A stretch of DNA of 64,000 nucleotides from an uncultured Enterobacteriaceae bacterium (lineage in GTDB: Bacteria > Pseudomonadota > Gammaproteobacteria > UBA6186 > Azoamicaceae), in assembly GCA_964498335.1 (NCBI GenBank), contig CAZCGL010000001.1, forward strand, positions 166,451 through 230,450, read 5' to 3'. A model generated the notes under the pieces. The model worked only from the letters and a program-made list of their open reading frames with translations, did not search any database and was not told the origin of the DNA. Each line of letters begins with the position of its first letter. The stretch's first letter is position 1. Of the stretch, positions 23,138-31,863 are shown piece after piece. The position numbers were made by a program, and so were the translations under genes.

Positions 23138-23545
23138 TTGTTTGTATTGAGTTTTGATTTCGGAACTAGATATATTGGTGTAGCTGTCGGAGAAATGTTA
23201 ACATTTAAAATTTTTCCTGTATATTCTATTTTGACATTTAAAATGCATATTAGATATTTTGAAGTTTTTTCTATTTTAAATAATTGGAAACCTAAATATA
23301 TTATAATTGGGTATCCAATAAATGAGATTTATGATAATTCTAAATTATTAGATATTATAGATTTATTTGCTTTTAAAATAAGATGTTTTTATAATGAAAA
23401 TGTTATTTTTGTTGATGAAAATTTATCTAGTTGGAAAGCTCGAAGAATTTTAAATAAAAATAAAGATTTTTTAACAATTAATTCTTTATCAGCAACTATT
23501 TTAATACAACAATGGTTTTTAGATAATGATTTTAAAAATTTATGA
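23138..23545 (+). CDS. yqgF: YqgF/RuvX-family pre-16S rRNA nuclease
   Basis: LSFDFGTRYIGVAVG, W.P..IIIG.P, VDE.LSS..A, SA.ILIQQW. TTG start. Confidence 0.88.
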   Translation: MFVLSFDFGTRYIGVAVGEMLTFKIFPVYSILTFKMHIRYFEVFSILNNWKPKYIIIGYPINEIYDNSKLLDIIDLFAFKIRCFYNENVIFVDENLSSWKARRILNKNKDFLTINSLSATILIQQWFLDNDFKNL

Positions 23546-23551
23546 GGATTT

Positions 23552-25630
23552 ATGGATATTTATGATTTTATTATAATAATGGGAGTTATTTTTTCTTTTA
23601 GTTTTTCTTTATTTTTTATTAGAAAAATTTTGATTTATCCAACAGGTAATTCTACAATGGTTGAAATATCTGATAATATAAAATCTTGCGCAAAAGCCTA
23701 TTTAAAAAGGCAGTATCTTACAATATTTCTTGTTAGCATTTTATTATCGATATGCATTTATTTTTTACTTGGAAAATTTTATGTTTTAGGTTTTTTTATA
23801 GGTGCATGTTTTTCAGCTTTTGTTGGATATGTTGGAATGCTAGTTTCTGTTAATGCTAATGTTAGAACAGCTAATGCAGCTAATTTGGATGGGCTATCAA
23901 AAGCTTTTGATATAGCATTTAAAGCTGGTAGCGTTACTGGACTCTTAGTTATAGGGTTTGGATTATTAGGTATTTTTTTGTTTTATAATTTTTTATTATT
24001 TTTAAAACTAGATATGCGGGTTATTATGCATTCTTTAGTTGCTTTGGGTTTGGGTGCATCATTTATTTCTGTTTTTGCTAGATTAGGTGGAGGAATTTTT
24101 ACTAAAGGTGCTGATATAGGTGCTGATTTAGTTGGTAAACTAGAAATAGGTATACCAGAAGATGATCCTAGAAACCCAGCTGTAATAGCAGATAATGTTG
24201 GAGATAATGTTGGAGATTGTGCTGGTATGGCAGCTGATTTATATGAAACTTATTGTGTAACAATAATAGCTTCAATGGTGTTATTATTTCTTTTAAGTGA
24301 TAATTCTAATAAAATTTTAATATTGTATCCTTTAATAGTCGGATCTTTTTGTGTATTTTCTACTATAATTGGTGTTTTATTTGTTAAATTATATGATTCT
24401 AAAATAATGCTTGCTTTATATAAAAGTTTTTTACTTTCCGCGTTTTTTTCTTTATTTTTTATATTTTTTTTTATTAAGTTTTTTATTGGGTTAAATACTA
24501 TTTTTCATTTTAATTCTATTAATTTAACAGGATTAAATATTTTTTATTGTTCTTTAGTAGGTATAATGTTAACTTTTTTTTTGGTATTAGTTACTGAATA
24601 TTACACGTCTACTAGTTTTTATCCAGTTAGAAATATTTCAAGTGCTTCAACTAAAGGTCATGCGCCGAATATAATTCAAGGTTTAGCTTTTTCTATGGAA
24701 GCTACAGCATTACCTGTGTTTTTTGTTATATTAGCTATATTAATATCTTATAGTATTGGAGGTATAATTGGTGTTTCTTTGTCTGCTGCAAGCATGGTAT
24801 CTTTATCTGGAATTATTGTAACTTTAGATGCTTATGGGCCTGTGACAGACAATGCAGGTGGAATAGCAGAAATGGCTAATATGGAACATGATGTTAGAAT
24901 TATAACTGATAGTTTAGATGCGGTTGGCAATACAACTAAAGCTATTACAAAAGGATATGCAATAGGCTCAGCAGGGTTAGGATCCTTAGTTCTATTTATT
25001 ACTTATACTAAAGATTTAGAATATTATTTTCCTAATTATGATTTAATTTTTTCTCTTAAAGATCCCTTTGTTATTGTAGGTTTGTTTTTTGGCGGTATTA
25101 TTCCATATTTGTTTTCTTCTTTTAGTATTAGAGCTGTTGGGTATGTAGCTGGAAAAGTTGTAGACGAAGTTAGGTATCAATTTTTAAATTTGTCTGGTAT
25201 AATGCAAGGTTCTATTAGGCCTGATTATGAAAAAGTTATAGATTTATTGACAAAAGCTTCTATAACAGAAATGGTAATACCAGCTACTTTTCCTGTTATA
25301 TTTCCAGTTTTATTTTATTTATTTATATATTTTATTTTTGGACAAGCAAATGCTTTTGTGGCGTTAGGATCTATGATTTTAGGTATTATAATAATTGGTA
25401 TATTTTTAGCTATATCTATGACGTCAGGTGGTGGTGCATGGGATAATGCTAAAAAATATATAGAAGATGGTAATTTTGGCGGAAAAGGTTCTTTTGCCCA
25501 TCAAGCAGCTGTTACAGGAGATATGGTTGGTGATCCATATAAAGATACGGCTGGTCCAGCAATTAATCCTTTAATAAAAGTTGTTAGTATTATTTCTTTA
25601 TTGTTAATTGTTATTTTTTCTAAAGTATGA
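23552..25630 (+). CDS. hppA: Membrane-bound H+-translocating pyrophosphatase, K+-independent type
   Basis: GGGIFTKGADIGADLVGK, EDDPRNPAVIADNVGDNVGD, GNTTKA (Lys marks K+ independence), GGAWDNAKK, GDPYKDTAGP. Confidence 0.96.
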   Translation: MDIYDFIIIMGVIFSFSFSLFFIRKILIYPTGNSTMVEISDNIKSCAKAYLKRQYLTIFLVSILLSICIYFLLGKFYVLGFFIGACFSAFVGYVGMLVSVNANVRTANAANLDGLSKAFDIAFKAGSVTGLLVIGFGLLGIFLFYNFLLFLKLDMRVIMHSLVALGLGASFISVFARLGGGIFTKGADIGADLVGKLEIGIPEDDPRNPAVIADNVGDNVGDCAGMAADLYETYCVTIIASMVLLFLLSDNSNKILILYPLIVGSFCVFSTIIGVLFVKLYDSKIMLALYKSFLLSAFFSLFFIFFFIKFFIGLNTIFHFNSINLTGLNIFYCSLVGIMLTFFLVLVTEYYTSTSFYPVRNISSASTKGHAPNIIQGLAFSMEATALPVFFVILAILISYSIGGIIGVSLSAASMVSLSGIIVTLDAYGPVTDNAGGIAEMANMEHDVRIITDSLDAVGNTTKAITKGYAIGSAGLGSLVLFITYTKDLEYYFPNYDLIFSLKDPFVIVGLFFGGIIPYLFSSFSIRAVGYVAGKVVDEVRYQFLNLSGIMQGSIRPDYEKVIDLLTKASITEMVIPATFPVIFPVLFYLFIYFIFGQANAFVALGSMILGIIIIGIFLAISMTSGGGAWDNAKKYIEDGNFGGKGSFAHQAAVTGDMVGDPYKDTAGPAINPLIKVVSIISLLLIVIFSKV

Positions 25631-26415
25631 ATAGTACTGTTTTATTTTTTTTATTAGGTCCGACTTGTGTAGGTAAGACAGATTTATCTTTAAAATTATT
25701 TAATTATTTGCCATTAGAAATTATAAATGTTGATTCCAGCATGATTTATAAATTTATGAATATAGGCACAGGAAAACCAAACTCTGATATTAGAAGTAAA
25801 ATGAAACATCATTTAATAGATATTAAACATCCCAAAGAGTCATATTCTGTATGGAATTTTTGTTTAGATTCTATTACTATTATGTTAGATTGTTTACATA
25901 GAAAGAAAATGCCATTTTTCGTAGGTGGTACAATGATGTATGCTTGGTATTTACAAAATTTTTTGCATAAGTGTAAATTAAATAATAATTTGTTATTTAA
26001 TTTATCTCGTAAATTATTTTTAAATGACACGATTTTAAATAAATTTTTAAATATTTCTTTTGTTAATATTTTTTTACTTCCATTTGATAAAGATATTTTT
26101 TTTTGTAAAATAAAGAATAGAGTTTTAACTATGTTAGATTATGGTTTTTTAGATGAAGTTATTTTTTTGAAGTCAATCTTAAATTTTGATTATAATTTTA
26201 ATTCTATTAAATCTGTTGGTTATAAGGATTTAGTTTTATATTTAGATGGAAAAATCAGTTTTTCAAAATCTATAAACTCTATTTTTGAATCTACATTTAA
26301 ATTAGCTGAGAGTCAAATAAAGTGGATAAAAAAGTTTAATAGTACTTCTTTTTTTATAGAAAATAAAGATAAGTTTTTTTTAAAAAAATGTATTGATATT
26401 ATTAATTTATATTAA
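25627..26415 (+). CDS. miaA: tRNA dimethylallyltransferase, internally shortened
   Basis: GPTCVGKT, EII.VDS..IY..M.IGT.KP, HHLID, VGGTMMY, SVGYK. Upstream of hflKC as in gammaproteobacteria. Confidence 0.88.
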   Translation: MNSTVLFFLLGPTCVGKTDLSLKLFNYLPLEIINVDSSMIYKFMNIGTGKPNSDIRSKMKHHLIDIKHPKESYSVWNFCLDSITIMLDCLHRKKMPFFVGGTMMYAWYLQNFLHKCKLNNNLLFNLSRKLFLNDTILNKFLNISFVNIFLLPFDKDIFFCKIKNRVLTMLDYGFLDEVIFLKSILNFDYNFNSIKSVGYKDLVLYLDGKISFSKSINSIFESTFKLAESQIKWIKKFNSTSFFIENKDKFFLKKCIDIINLY

Positions 26416-26435
26416 TAGTTTTTAAGGTTTTTAGT

Positions 26436-27377
26436 ATGGTTTTTAAATATTTTAATTTTAGTTTTTTAAGATTTTTTTCTTTTAAATTAGTTATTTTAGC
26501 TTTTGTATTATTTTTCTGTGCTTTTTATGCTGTTATGGGTTTTTATTTGGTAAAGCCAGCTGAACAAGCTGTAGTTACTAGATTGGGAAAGTATAATCGT
26601 ATTACAGAACAAGGTCCGCATTGGATACCGCGTTTTATAGAAAAAGCGCAGATAATTAATACAGAAAAATTAGAAAGAAGTAGTCATTATGGTTCTCATA
26701 TGTTAACTAAAGATGAAAATATTATAACAGCTGAAATAGAAGTTCAATATAGAATTAGCGATGTTGAAAAGTATCTTTTTAATTTAGTTGAACCAGATAA
26801 AAGTTTAAAAGAAGCTGCTGATAGTGCTTTAAGACAAGTTGTCGGATATTCTGATTTAGATTTTTTAATGACTTTAGGTAAAGAACAAATTGCCTCTGAA
26901 ATACATGAGCAGTTGCAACATATTTTAGATTCATATAATTCTGGAATATATGTTGCTGTTGTTGCTTTAAAAGATGTTAGAATACCTAACGATATTAAAA
27001 GTTCTTTTGATGATGTTATTAAGGCTCAAGAAGAAAAAGAGCAATTAAAACATCAAGCTGAAGCATTTGCTAATAAAGTTATACCAGAAGCTAAGGGCGA
27101 AGCTGTTAGAATTTTAGAAACAGCAAACGCGTATAAACAAGAAGTTATTTTTATAGCTGAGGGTGATGTTATTAAATTTAAATTGATTTTAGACGAATAT
27201 AAAAAAGCGCCTGAAGTAACAAAGATTAGACTTTATTTAGATGCTTTAGAAACAATTTTTTCAAAAACAAGTAAAGTTTTAATAGATTTAAGTAGTAATA
27301 ATATAATTTATTTACCTCTAGATAGATTTTTAAATCAATTTAATGATAATAGTTTTTTAATTAATAAAAATAGATAA
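26436..27377 (+). CDS. hflK: FtsH modulator HflK
   Basis: SPFH domain: VVTRLGKY, MLTKDENI, DSALRQVVG, F.DVIKA.E, YKKAPEVT..RLYL. Confidence 0.95.
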   Translation: MVFKYFNFSFLRFFSFKLVILAFVLFFCAFYAVMGFYLVKPAEQAVVTRLGKYNRITEQGPHWIPRFIEKAQIINTEKLERSSHYGSHMLTKDENIITAEIEVQYRISDVEKYLFNLVEPDKSLKEAADSALRQVVGYSDLDFLMTLGKEQIASEIHEQLQHILDSYNSGIYVAVVALKDVRIPNDIKSSFDDVIKAQEEKEQLKHQAEAFANKVIPEAKGEAVRILETANAYKQEVIFIAEGDVIKFKLILDEYKKAPEVTKIRLYLDALETIFSKTSKVLIDLSSNNIIYLPLDRFLNQFNDNSFLINKNR

Positions 27378-27393
27378 ATAGGTAGGTATTTTT

Positions 27394-28266
27394 ATGAGAG
27401 TTTTGTTTTTTGTTTTAATTTTGTTTTTTTTATTATTATCTCCGTTTTGTTTTTTTACTGTTTATGAAACCGATAAAGCTTTAGTTGAGTTTTTAGGTAA
27501 ATTAAAAATTGATAATAATACTAATTCTACAAGAATTTATAAACCTGGATTACATTTTATAATACCATTAATTGAAGAATATAAACCTTTCGATATGCGT
27601 TTAAAAGTTTTAGATTCTCAATTTTCTAGAATTACAACTAAAGAAAAAAAAGATGTTTTGGTGGATTTTTATGTTTTGTGGCAAATAGATGATTTGGCTT
27701 TATACTATACTAGGACAGGCGGCAACAGAAATAAAGCTGAACAATTATTAAGACAAAAAATTTTAGCTGATTTAAAAGCTGAATTTGGTAGGCATACTAT
27801 TCAAGAAGTTGTTTATGGAGAAAGATTAGAATTAATGTTTAAACTTAGAGAAGAGATAGAAAGTACCACAAAAAATATAGGTATATCTGTCATCGATGTT
27901 AGAATAAAACGTATAGATTTACCAGATGAAGTTCGTGATTCAGTTTATAATAGGATGCGAGCAGAAAGAGAAAGAGTAGCGAGTGAAATTAGAGCCAATG
28001 GTAGAGCTGAAGCAGCTAAAATTCGTGCTTGGGCAGAAAAAGAAAAAAGAATTATAGTAGCTCATTCTTTAAGAGAAGCTAAAAAGATAAAAGGTGATGG
28101 AGATGCTATAGTAACAAAAATTTATGCTGATGCATTTAATTTAGATGCTGAATTTTATTCTTTTTATAGAAGCTTAGATGCGTATAAAAATTCTTTTTCT
28201 AGTAAGTCAGATGTTATTATTTTATCGTTAGACAGCGAATTTTTTAAATTTTTTAAAAAATATTAA
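27394..28266 (+). CDS. hflC: FtsH modulator HflC
   Basis: PGLHF, T.EKK.VLVD, DVRIKRIDLP, RMRAER, EFY.FYRSL.AY. Confidence 0.95.
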   Translation: MRVLFFVLILFFLLLSPFCFFTVYETDKALVEFLGKLKIDNNTNSTRIYKPGLHFIIPLIEEYKPFDMRLKVLDSQFSRITTKEKKDVLVDFYVLWQIDDLALYYTRTGGNRNKAEQLLRQKILADLKAEFGRHTIQEVVYGERLELMFKLREEIESTTKNIGISVIDVRIKRIDLPDEVRDSVYNRMRAERERVASEIRANGRAEAAKIRAWAEKEKRIIVAHSLREAKKIKGDGDAIVTKIYADAFNLDAEFYSFYRSLDAYKNSFSSKSDVIILSLDSEFFKFFKKY

Positions 28267-28274
28267 TTAATTTT

Positions 28275-28841
28275 ATGATTTTTTTAAAAAGCAAAGATTT
28301 TAAAATTGGGTTAAAAGTTGAAATTAATAATGAACCGTTTTTAATAGTTGAAAATGAGTTTGTTAATCCTGGAAAAGGACAAGCTTTTAACAGATTAAAG
28401 CTTAAAAGTTTTATATCAGGATTGGTTATTAGAAAGACTATTAAATTAGGAGAAAAATTAAAATCTGCGGATTTATTTGAATTAAAGGTTAAATATTTAT
28501 ATTTTGATACAATTTCATATCATTTCATGAATGAAGACTCTTTTGAATATTATGATGTTTCTTTAGATTTATTAAATGATGTAAAAAATTGGATTAAAGA
28601 AGGTTGTTATTGTTTTATAGTTTTCTGGAATGATAAAATAATTTATATAAGACCACCTAAGTTTGTAGAATTATCTATTTTGGAATGTGAAGATGTTAAT
28701 AGTATGTCAGTAATATCTAAAAGTTCAAAAAATGCTATTTTAGAAACTGGCATAAACATAAAAGTACCTTTATTTATTAAGACTAATGATATCATAAAAG
28801 TTGATACAGAAGAAAAAACTTATGTTTCTAGAATTAATTAG
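28275..28841 (+). CDS. efp: Elongation factor P
   Basis: FVNPGKGQAF.R loop, P.FVEL, K.A.LETG....VPLFI, IKVDT....YVSR. Confidence 0.94.
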   Translation: MIFLKSKDFKIGLKVEINNEPFLIVENEFVNPGKGQAFNRLKLKSFISGLVIRKTIKLGEKLKSADLFELKVKYLYFDTISYHFMNEDSFEYYDVSLDLLNDVKNWIKEGCYCFIVFWNDKIIYIRPPKFVELSILECEDVNSMSVISKSSKNAILETGINIKVPLFIKTNDIIKVDTEEKTYVSRIN

Positions 28842-28843
28842 TA

Positions 28844-29296
28844 ATGTTTATACTTTCTTTTTATTTTGAAACTTATTTTTCTTTTAATAAATTTAGTATT
28901 GTATTATCTAGATGTTATTTATCAAATACAAATGTTTTTTTATTTGGATATTTTGGTGTTGGTAAGACTTTTTTCGCTAAAGGTTTTTTGGGAGATATTT
29001 TAAACCATAAATACGATATTAATAGTTCTAGTTTTTCAAAAATTAATGTTTTTTTTTTAAATAATACTAATTTTTATCATTTTGATTTTTATGATTTTTT
29101 AAAATTAAATAAGCGGTATATTAAAAATGTCAAAGCTTTGCATGAAGAAAATTTTTTTTGTCTTATTGAATGGGGAAATAATATAATATCAAGAATTAAT
29201 CCTGATCTTCTGATTTATATATATTTTAATTCTTTTTATTCTAGATTTGTTATATTAAAATCTTATAATATAAATATTTTAAAATTATTTTTATGA
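28844..29296 (+). CDS. tsaE: tRNA t6A biosynthesis ATPase TsaE, eroded
   Basis: L.G..G.GKT.F.KG, S.SF, YHFDFY, LIEWG. Confidence 0.85.
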   Translation: MFILSFYFETYFSFNKFSIVLSRCYLSNTNVFLFGYFGVGKTFFAKGFLGDILNHKYDINSSSFSKINVFFLNNTNFYHFDFYDFLKLNKRYIKNVKALHEENFFCLIEWGNNIISRINPDLLIYIYFNSFYSRFVILKSYNINILKLFL

Positions 29297-30045
29297 ATAT
29301 TAAATCTATAATTGGAATTATGGCTTGTAAAGGTGGTGTTGGAAAAAGTAGTATTGCTGTTAATTTAGCAGTGGCATCATCTATTTTTTTGAACAAGAAA
29401 GTTGGTTTATTAGATGTTGATTTACATGGGCCTAACCACCCAAGATTATTAGGCGTTTCTAAAAAATATTGTTTTAATTTAGATAAAGGTTTTTTAAAGC
29501 CTATATACAAATATGGATTAAAATCTATGTCTTTTGGTTATTTTTTAAATAAAGATTCTTCAGTTTTATTAAGAGGTCCTATGATTAGTAATACTGTTAA
29601 GTATTTATTTGATAATACTATTTGGGGCGATATTGATGTTTTATTTATTGATTTTCCTCCTGGTACTGGTGATGTATATTTAAGTTTATTAAGAGACCTT
29701 AATTTTTCTAATATGGTGGTGATAACTATGCCTAATTTTACTTCTATAGATGATATTAGAAAATCATTATATATGTTAAATAAATTTAATATAAAAAGTA
29801 AAATATTAATAGAAAATATGAAATTTTTTTTATGTCGAAAATGTAATACCATTGATTATATTTATGGTAATACTGATTATGCTAAAGATATTGCTTTAGA
29901 ATTTTTTATACCATATTTATTTGAAATACCTTTATTACATGGAGTAAGTGAATCGTCTAATTTAGGTATACCTTTTGTATTAAGCAAATTTTGTTCTCAA
30001 AAATATCTAAATTTATTTATAAATATATCAAGTATTCTAAAATAA
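29293..30045 (+). CDS. apbC: Mrp/ApbC Fe-S cluster carrier ATPase (no N-terminal domain)
   Basis: KGGVGKSS, LLD.D.HGP, RGPM, W...D.L.ID.PPGTGD, ENM...CxxC. Confidence 0.92.
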   Translation: MNIKSIIGIMACKGGVGKSSIAVNLAVASSIFLNKKVGLLDVDLHGPNHPRLLGVSKKYCFNLDKGFLKPIYKYGLKSMSFGYFLNKDSSVLLRGPMISNTVKYLFDNTIWGDIDVLFIDFPPGTGDVYLSLLRDLNFSNMVVITMPNFTSIDDIRKSLYMLNKFNIKSKILIENMKFFLCRKCNTIDYIYGNTDYAKDIALEFFIPYLFEIPLLHGVSESSNLGIPFVLSKFCSQKYLNLFINISSILK

Positions 30046-30064
30046 CTTATTTTATTAAAATAAG
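30046..30064. terminator. Possible weak hairpin terminator between convergent apbC and rbfA
   Basis: CTTATTTT-att-AAAATAAG, nearly all A-T. Confidence 0.3.
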
Positions 30065-30073
30065 ATTTATTTA

Positions 30074-30394
30074 TTATTTTATAGTTAATTGGCTAAAAAA
30101 TTCATTATCATCTATATTTTTATCAATATGAAATTTTAGCTCTGGAATTCTTGAATTTTTTATTTTTTTAGATAACTCATTTTTTATCTTTTTATTGTAT
30201 TTATTTAACATGATTAATATTTCTTTTTTATTTTTTAAGCTTGATATATAAATATTTGATTTTAATCCATCATTGCTAGTGTCAACATATGTTATTGTTA
30301 TTAAATTGTCATTTTTAATAAGAATTATTTTGTTTATAATTTGTGATGTTAATTTTTGTATTATTTTATTTTTTTTTTTGATATTTTTATTCAT
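30074..30394 (-). CDS. rbfA: Ribosome-binding factor A, eroded
   Basis: ITIT.V..S.D....IYIS and R.PELKF..D motifs. Confidence 0.85.
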   Translation of the reverse strand: MNKNIKKKNKIIQKLTSQIINKIILIKNDNLITITYVDTSNDGLKSNIYISSLKNKKEILIMLNKYNKKIKNELSKKIKNSRIPELKFHIDKNIDDNEFFSQLTIK

Positions 30395-30452
30395 TTTTTA
30401 ATTTTTATTTTATTAAATTTTTATTTTAATTATAAGTGAGTTTTAAAAAATT

Positions 30453-31271
30453 ATGTATTTTTTTAATAGTGTTTTGTATGTAGTTGGATGTCCTATAGGT
30501 AATTTTTTTGATTTTTCTAATAGAGCTGTTTTCATTTTAAAAAAAGTTGATTTTATAATAGCTGAAGATTCTAGAAAGATTGGATTTCTTACTTCTTTTT
30601 TAAATTTTAAGAATAAAATTATAGTATTAAACGCTGTTAATGAAAAAATTGTATGTAAAGATTTATTATTTTATATAGAACATGGCTTTTCTGCTGCTTT
30701 AGTTTCTGATTCTGGAACGCCGTGTATAAGTGACCCCGGGCAATTTTTAATTAAACATGCGTATGATAATTATTTAAGAGTAATCCCTATACCTGGCCCA
30801 TCTGTTATTTCAACAGTCATTTCTATAGCATCTTTTAGTATTAATAAATTTATATTCGAAGGTTTTTTGCCTAAAAAAAAACTTTATAAAGAAGTTTTAT
30901 TTAATAAGCTTATTTATGAGACTAGAACATGCGTGTTTTTTGAATCTGGAGAACGCATAGTTGAAACTTTATTTTTGATTAAATCTATTATTAGGTCTGA
31001 AAGGATTGTTTTTATAGCTAAAGATCTAACTAAAAAATTTGAATTTATTTTTAATTTTAAATTATCTAATTTGAATTATGATTATATTACAACTGTTAAT
31101 TTTTCTACTAAAGGCGAGTTTGTTATTTTATTATCTCCTTTAGATGAAAAAGATGTGTTTTTAAATTATTTTAATAATATTTCTTTGTATAATTGTTTTA
31201 GAAACGATTTTTTTTTAAAAAAAATAGTTTTTTCTTCTTATTTTAATCTTGGTAGTTATTTATTTTTTTAA
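30453..31271 (+). CDS. rsmI: 16S rRNA C1402 2'-O-methyltransferase
   Basis: LYVV..PIGN..D.S.RA, AEDSR, ALVSD.GTP.ISDPG, PIPGPS, FEGFLP, KGEFV. Confidence 0.93.
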   Translation: MYFFNSVLYVVGCPIGNFFDFSNRAVFILKKVDFIIAEDSRKIGFLTSFLNFKNKIIVLNAVNEKIVCKDLLFYIEHGFSAALVSDSGTPCISDPGQFLIKHAYDNYLRVIPIPGPSVISTVISIASFSINKFIFEGFLPKKKLYKEVLFNKLIYETRTCVFFESGERIVETLFLIKSIIRSERIVFIAKDLTKKFEFIFNFKLSNLNYDYITTVNFSTKGEFVILLSPLDEKDVFLNYFNNISLYNCFRNDFFLKKIVFSSYFNLGSYLFF

Positions 31272-31279
31272 TTTGAAAT

Positions 31280-31468
31280 TCATCTATATTTTTTATAATT
31301 TATAATTATTTTATGAATTTTTTCTTTACATAATTTTTTTTTATAAAGAAATAATATTTCTATATTGTTTTGTTTTATTATTTTAATTTTTTTATTTTTT
31401 TTAAATGAATTAACTAAATTATTTTCAATTACTTTTATATTTCTTATATATTTTATTTTATTTTTCAT
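31280..31468 (-). CDS. Small hypothetical protein (62 aa), possibly an eroded gene
   Basis: ATG at 31468. Fills most of the 288-bp rsmI-groES gap and has the K/I/N-rich composition of real minus-strand genes. No confident motif. Confidence 0.35.
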   Translation of the reverse strand: MKNKIKYIRNIKVIENNLVNSFKKNKKIKIIKQNNIEILFLYKKKLCKEKIHKIIINYKKYR

Positions 31469-31559
31469 TTTATTTTTTTGTTTTTTGAGTACTTGATTAA
31501 TATTAAAATGACTACACATATATATCAATAATAAAAAAAATATTTGAGGTATCTTTATT

Positions 31560-31853
31560 ATGAATAATGATATAGGAATTCGTCCATTAGCTGACAAAGT
31601 TGTTATAAAACGTGTTGATGAACGTACTACAGATGGTGGTATAGTTATACCAGAAACAGTTTCAAATAAGTCTCAAAGAGGTATTGTTGTAGCTGTTGGC
31701 CCAGGTAAAAATGTTGATGGTAAGATACAAAAAACATCTTTAAAATGTAATGATCATGTTGTTTTTGGAAAATATTCTGGTACAGATATCACAATTAAAG
31801 GCAAAGATTATTTGATTATTAAAGAAGAAGATGTTATAGCTATAATTGATTAA
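31560..31853 (+). CDS. groES: Co-chaperonin GroES
   Basis: [31 protein letters not shown]. Confidence 0.97.
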   Translation: MNNDIGIRPLADKVVIKRVDERTTDGGIVIPETVSNKSQRGIVVAVGPGKNVDGKIQKTSLKCNDHVVFGKYSGTDITIKGKDYLIIKEEDVIAIID

Positions 31854-31863
31854 GAGGTTAAAA

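Noticed and set aside
31492-31521. Sigma32 promoter or CIRCE element before groES
   Set aside because: Only CTTGAT...ACACATAT with off-consensus spacing, and no CIRCE inverted repeat. Too weak in this AT background.
31272-31559. rnpB at its E. coli-like position after rsmI, or 6S/tmRNA in this gap
   Set aside because: No GAGGAAAGUC or tRNA-like motifs and no long terminal helix. rnpB was found at about 39376-39620.
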